Shown here in pieces: positions 60,462 through 64,000 of a stretch of DNA of 64,000 nt. Each line of letters opens with the position of its first letter. The first letter of the stretch is position 1. The position numbers were made by a program, and so were the translations under genes. The notes beneath the pieces are model-generated. The model had not been told where the DNA came from. It did no database searches and was given only the letters and a program-made list of their open reading frames with translations. This DNA is from an uncultured bacterium (GTDB taxonomy: Bacteria; Patescibacteriota; Minisyncoccia; Phycocordibacterales; UBA6065): contig CBIMES010000001.1 of assembly GCA_966243015.1 (NCBI GenBank), positions 298,076 through 362,075 on the forward strand, read 5' to 3'.

Positions 60462-61451
60462 CTAGGCGTCCCGCCGGCCCAGAGAGTCCTTAATCACGTG
60501 ATCAAGGAACTCGGGCAGAGAGGAGCCGACGGCCGCGACAGACTTTGGGAACAGGGACTCCGAAGTGAGACCCGGCAGGGTGTTCACCTCGAGGAAGTAA
60601 ACCCCTCGCTTTGGGTGGACGATGAAGTCGGAGCGAGAGTAGTGCCTGAGACCCAGCTCCTCGTGAACGGCCAGAGTCGCCTCCTGTATGGCCCGCTTGG
60701 TCGCCTCATCGAAGTTGCCCGGGCAGATCTCGCGGGACTTGCCCGAATACTTTGCCTCGTAGTCAAAGAAAGGTGCCTCGTCGTGAGGGATAATCTCCAC
60801 CGGCAAAAGGGCGTAGCGGTCCTGGCCACGGAAGCCGTCTATGACGCCGCAGGTCGCCTCCCTTCCGTCGATGAACTCCTCTATCATCACCTCGTCGCCA
60901 TGCTCGAGGGCTTTCTCGAGGGCTTTCTCGAGGTCAAGAAACGAGTTCACCACGGTGATGCCGACCGACGAGCCTGTCGACAAAGGCTTCACGACTGACG
61001 GGTGGAATATCTCGCGGAAGATCGCGTGCGGCCCCTTCTCCTTTATTTCCTCGCGAGTAAAGATCCTGTGCGCAGCCATTTTTACCTTGTCCTTGATCTT
61101 GGCGAGCGCGCCCTTGGTCGCGTGCTTGTTCATGGACACGGCAGAGGCGAGGGCTCCCGAGCCAACGAACGGTACGCCGAGGCTCTCGAGCACCCTCTGT
61201 ACCTTACCATCCTCCCCGTACGGGCCGTGCAGGGCGATGAAGGCGACGTCAACGTTGCGAAGCGCCTCCTCGGGAGTCTTCTGAAGGCCAGCGACGTGCC
61301 ATGTCCCGTCCTGACCAACGAGAACGTCAATGCCCTCGTACATCGAAGGAAGCGCCTTCAATACCTCGCCTCCCGTTTTGAGTGAGACGTCGTACTCGCT
61401 TGATGGGCCGCCGCGGAGGACGGCTACGCGTGTCTTGTGCGCGAATGACAT
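60462..61451 (-). CDS. ddl: D-alanine--D-alanine ligase
   Basis: GGPSSEYDVSL, ALHGPYGEDG, GSSVG, FDYEAKY and LEVNTLPGLT. Confidence 0.97.
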   Translation of the reverse strand: MSFAHKTRVAVLRGGPSSEYDVSLKTGGEVLKALPSMYEGIDVLVGQDGTWHVAGLQKTPEEALRNVDVAFIALHGPYGEDGKVQRVLESLGVPFVGSGALASAVSMNKHATKGALAKIKDKVKMAAHRIFTREEIKEKGPHAIFREIFHPSVVKPLSTGSSVGITVVNSFLDLEKALEKALEHGDEVMIEEFIDGREATCGVIDGFRGQDRYALLPVEIIPHDEAPFFDYEAKYSGKSREICPGNFDEATKRAIQEATLAVHEELGLRHYSRSDFIVHPKRGVYFLEVNTLPGLTSESLFPKSVAAVGSSLPEFLDHVIKDSLGRRDA

Positions 61452-61493
61452 GCCGAAATTATACTACGAAAAGCCGCCCCGTGGCGGCCTTGG

Positions 61494-62762
61494 CTAGAGT
61501 TTCCCCCTGAGCGTGTTCTTGATGCGACGAAGCTTGCGATGATACGCGATCGCGAAACGGTGAGCCTCGACGTTGGCGAGGAGAACGGCCTTGCCGTGTT
61601 GCGCGACAAGCGCCGCGTCACCAAGGATTTCGCGCGCCTTGTGCCGGTCGTCCTTCACGATTGACACGACAGGCACATTGATACCCCTCTCGGCAAGCAG
61701 CGCCTCGGCGGCGTTCTTCTGGCCAACGCCTCCGTCGACGGCGATGAGGTCAGGCATGCGCCACTCGGGGTGCCTCAGGCGACGCTCGAGGATTTCGCGC
61801 AGGCTCGCCACGTCGTTGTTGCCAATGTCGGCAGAGAGCTTGAACTTGCGATACTCCGCCTTCGCCGCCTCGCCGTCGTGCACGACCGTCATGACGCCCA
61901 CGCTCTCCTTTCCGGACATATGGGCGACGTCATAGGCCTCGATGCGGAACTCAGCCGCGAGCGCGCCCAGAGACTGGCCGTCCGAAAGCGCCTCGGCGAA
62001 CGACTTCACGTCCTCCTTGATGAGGGCGATGTCCTGGATATGGTCGAGGGCGAACAGCTTTCGCTTCACGAGATCAGCCTTCTCAAACTCCCGGGCCTTG
62101 GCGTAGGCGCCCATCTCCCTCTCGAGCTCTCGCACGAGCTCCTTTTTCTTTCCCTCGAAAAACAAGGTGATGTGACGAACCGTGTTTGCGTAGTCGTGGC
62201 GGGCCTCGGCTGATGACACATCAGGGGTAAGACCAAGCTGCCGGTAGAACTGGTACTTGTCCTTGCCGAGCGAGCCCTTGTCGACGTACGGGAACATCTT
62301 GCGGATGATCTTGAGCGCCTCGCGCAACGCGGAGCCGTTCGGGAACGGGCCGAAGGTTTTCTTTACCTTGAGCTCTTTCTTGGCAAGCTCCACGTCGAGC
62401 GTCCTGCCACGGATAGTCATGATGCGCGGAAACTCCTCGTCGGTGATGACGACGTAGTTGAAGCTCTTGTCGTCCTTCTCCTGCACGTTGTAGTGCGGCC
62501 AGTGCTTCTTGATGAGGTTTGCCTCGGCAATCATGGCCTCGAGCACGGAGTCAGTCTCGGTCCACTCGAGTGAGTCCGCTTTGAACACCATGTCGACGAT
62601 GCGCGCGCCGCGCGTGGCGATAAGGTCAGACGCGAAATAGCTCCTCACCCGGTCGCGGAGCGAGGTTGCCTTGCCTATATACAGAATATCCTTCCCCTGC
62701 TTGAAGAAGTAGACGCCCGGATTCTCGGGAAGCTGGTATTTTGAGAGGTCGTCGACGGTCAT
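61494..62762 (-). CDS. uvrC: Excinuclease ABC subunit C (no C-terminal HhH domains)
   Basis: GIY-YIG PGVY..LYIGKA, UVR helix FEKA, RIEAYDVAH, PDLIAVDGG.GQ and EAHRFAI. Confidence 0.92.
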   Translation of the reverse strand: MTVDDLSKYQLPENPGVYFFKQGKDILYIGKATSLRDRVRSYFASDLIATRGARIVDMVFKADSLEWTETDSVLEAMIAEANLIKKHWPHYNVQEKDDKSFNYVVITDEEFPRIMTIRGRTLDVELAKKELKVKKTFGPFPNGSALREALKIIRKMFPYVDKGSLGKDKYQFYRQLGLTPDVSSAEARHDYANTVRHITLFFEGKKKELVRELEREMGAYAKAREFEKADLVKRKLFALDHIQDIALIKEDVKSFAEALSDGQSLGALAAEFRIEAYDVAHMSGKESVGVMTVVHDGEAAKAEYRKFKLSADIGNNDVASLREILERRLRHPEWRMPDLIAVDGGVGQKNAAEALLAERGINVPVVSIVKDDRHKAREILGDAALVAQHGKAVLLANVEAHRFAIAYHRKLRRIKNTLRGKL

Positions 62763-62861
62763 GCGTTTAATATTGAGTCTTCGGGTGACATAAGTAAAGC
62801 GAGGCGATTTGATTCGGGGAAAACAAAAGCCGTCGAAAAAATCGACGGCCCAACGAGACGC

Positions 62862-63233
62862 TCAGCGCGCGGGCATCTCGGAATGCATAAGCTCGGCCTC
62901 CTCGTAGAACGTTCCCTTGCGCAGGAAACGATGCTGGCCAAAGAGACTCAGTCCCTTGATGACTACCCCGTGATCCTTTTCGAATCGCTTGGCAGCGTCA
63001 AAGAAATAGTCACTCGGCTTGACCCCTCGGATCTTTGTCCCTGGTATGTTCTCGCACACCAGGCGACTCAGATAAGGGTTCACATACTTCGGAAGAAGCG
63101 CAAGTTTCTCGCAGGCCTCAAGGAAGTTTCGGCTCACCGTAAAACTTTCAAGGATTGACCGAAGGTAGAAAGCGATGAGAACGAGCGGAACGAGCGAGAG
63201 GAAGCTCGGTAGATTCGACACGAAGTAATTCAT
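62862..63233 (-). CDS. Hypothetical protein with N-terminal TM
   Basis: 123-aa ORF with an AT-rich upstream region and a downstream hairpin. Confidence 0.5.
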   Translation of the reverse strand: MNYFVSNLPSFLSLVPLVLIAFYLRSILESFTVSRNFLEACEKLALLPKYVNPYLSRLVCENIPGTKIRGVKPSDYFFDAAKRFEKDHGVVIKGLSLFGQHRFLRKGTFYEEAELMHSEMPAR

Positions 63234-63391
63234 ATAAGGAACAAACAGGGTTGGAGTGGTTCATTTGCACTCTAGGACAAAAATATAGATTTGTAAAGAT
63301 AATAGGAGGTATTTGACATACAGAATTAAACAATGTACTCTTATGGACGGGAATTCCTCCCGATCCTCCAAAACCAAAATACCTGTTCGCT

Positions 63392-63709
63392 ATGATTCAG
63401 ACTCAGAATGGTCAGCGTGCACACAAGCGGACTCCCCTTCAAACGGGCGTCATCGTGTTCAACGGTAAGCGTGGTCAGGAAACGTTCAAGGCATCGAGCG
63501 AGCGCACCGCGCCGCTCGAGGTCCAGAAAAAACTCAGAATCGGCGGTTTTACGGATAGCCTCCTCAAAAAAGCGGGCGTCCTGTCCGTCAGCCTGGGAAC
63601 CAAGGTCCTCTACGACGCCGGAAAGCGCGGACACTCCAACAAACCCTTCGCCAGCGACAAGGTCCTCAAGCGTCACCGCCCGCAGCGTCCCGCCACGGCG
63701 AGCCGCTAA
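63392..63709 (+). CDS. Hypothetical basic protein
   Basis: 105-aa ORF ending before a bidirectional terminator. Confidence 0.45.
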   Translation: MIQTQNGQRAHKRTPLQTGVIVFNGKRGQETFKASSERTAPLEVQKKLRIGGFTDSLLKKAGVLSVSLGTKVLYDAGKRGHSNKPFASDKVLKRHRPQRPATASR

Positions 63710-63734
63710 GGCCCGACAGCGTGTTTTAAAGCAC

Positions 63735-63765
63735 AGGCCCCGACTCTATAGAGTCGGGGCCTTTT
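63735..63765. terminator. Terminator hairpin
   Basis: AGGCCCCGACTC-TATA-GAGTCGGGGCCTTTT. Confidence 0.75.
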
Positions 63766-63769
63766 CATA

Positions 63770-64000
63770 TTATCTCCTTCCGAGCAGCTTCTTCAGATAC
63801 TTGCCCGTATGTGACTTGGCGTTCATGGCAACGTCCTCTGGGGTTCCCTTCGCCACGACATGTCCCCCGCCCTCGCCGCCCTCGGGACCCATGTCGATGA
63901 TGTAATCAGAGCACTTGATGAGGTCGAGGTTGTGCTCGATGACGATGACCGTGTTGCCGTGATCGACGAGCTTCTGGAGAATCTCGACGAGCTTGCGCAC
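63770..64000 (-). CDS. uvrA: Excinuclease ABC subunit A, C-terminal end (partial)
   Basis: [39 protein letters not shown]. Confidence 0.95.
   Translation of the reverse strand: MRKLVEILQKLVDHGNTVIVIEHNLDLIKCSDYIIDMGPEGGEGGGHVVAKGTPEDVAMNAKSHTGKYLKKLLGRR

Overview
64 kb of a Patescibacteria (CPR, Parcubacteria-like) chromosome, with most genes on the minus strand. The taxon is inferred from the truncated AlaRS, NUDIX-inserted LeuRS, Cys-less family-4 UDG, the FtsA-like/baseplate-J-like gene pair and the compact ribosomal operon. From about 26 kb onward the window is mostly housekeeping: dnaJ-dnaK-grpE, infA-rpmJ-rpsM-rpsK-rpsD-rpoA-rplQ-rplM-rpsI, alaS, pepF, udg, mnmA, mltG, leuS, ychF, zwf-pgl, two tRNA-Ala genes, ddl, uvrC and the end of uvrA. 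The first 26 kb is accessory. The standout is an AT-rich island at about 6.2-13.7 kb. It carries a tightly coupled operon: MccF-like S66 peptidase, MccE-like PLP decarboxylase, MccD-like SAM transferase, two complementarily degenerate dCTP-deaminase paralogs and a substrate-shifted LysRS paralog. This operon converges on a PheRS-like ligase. It looks like microcin-C tailoring and immunity genes without mccA/mccB, joined to aaRS paralogs, and is a candidate new aminoacyl-nucleotide biosynthesis or resistance system. Other observations: a covarying three-way-junction repeat in two copies, a promoter-to-terminator candidate sRNA of about 90 nt, an unannotated 36-aa CxGxCG peptide, a dispersed coiled-coil paralog family and pervasive leaderless promoters. 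All functional calls come from motif recognition by eye; no database searches were run.
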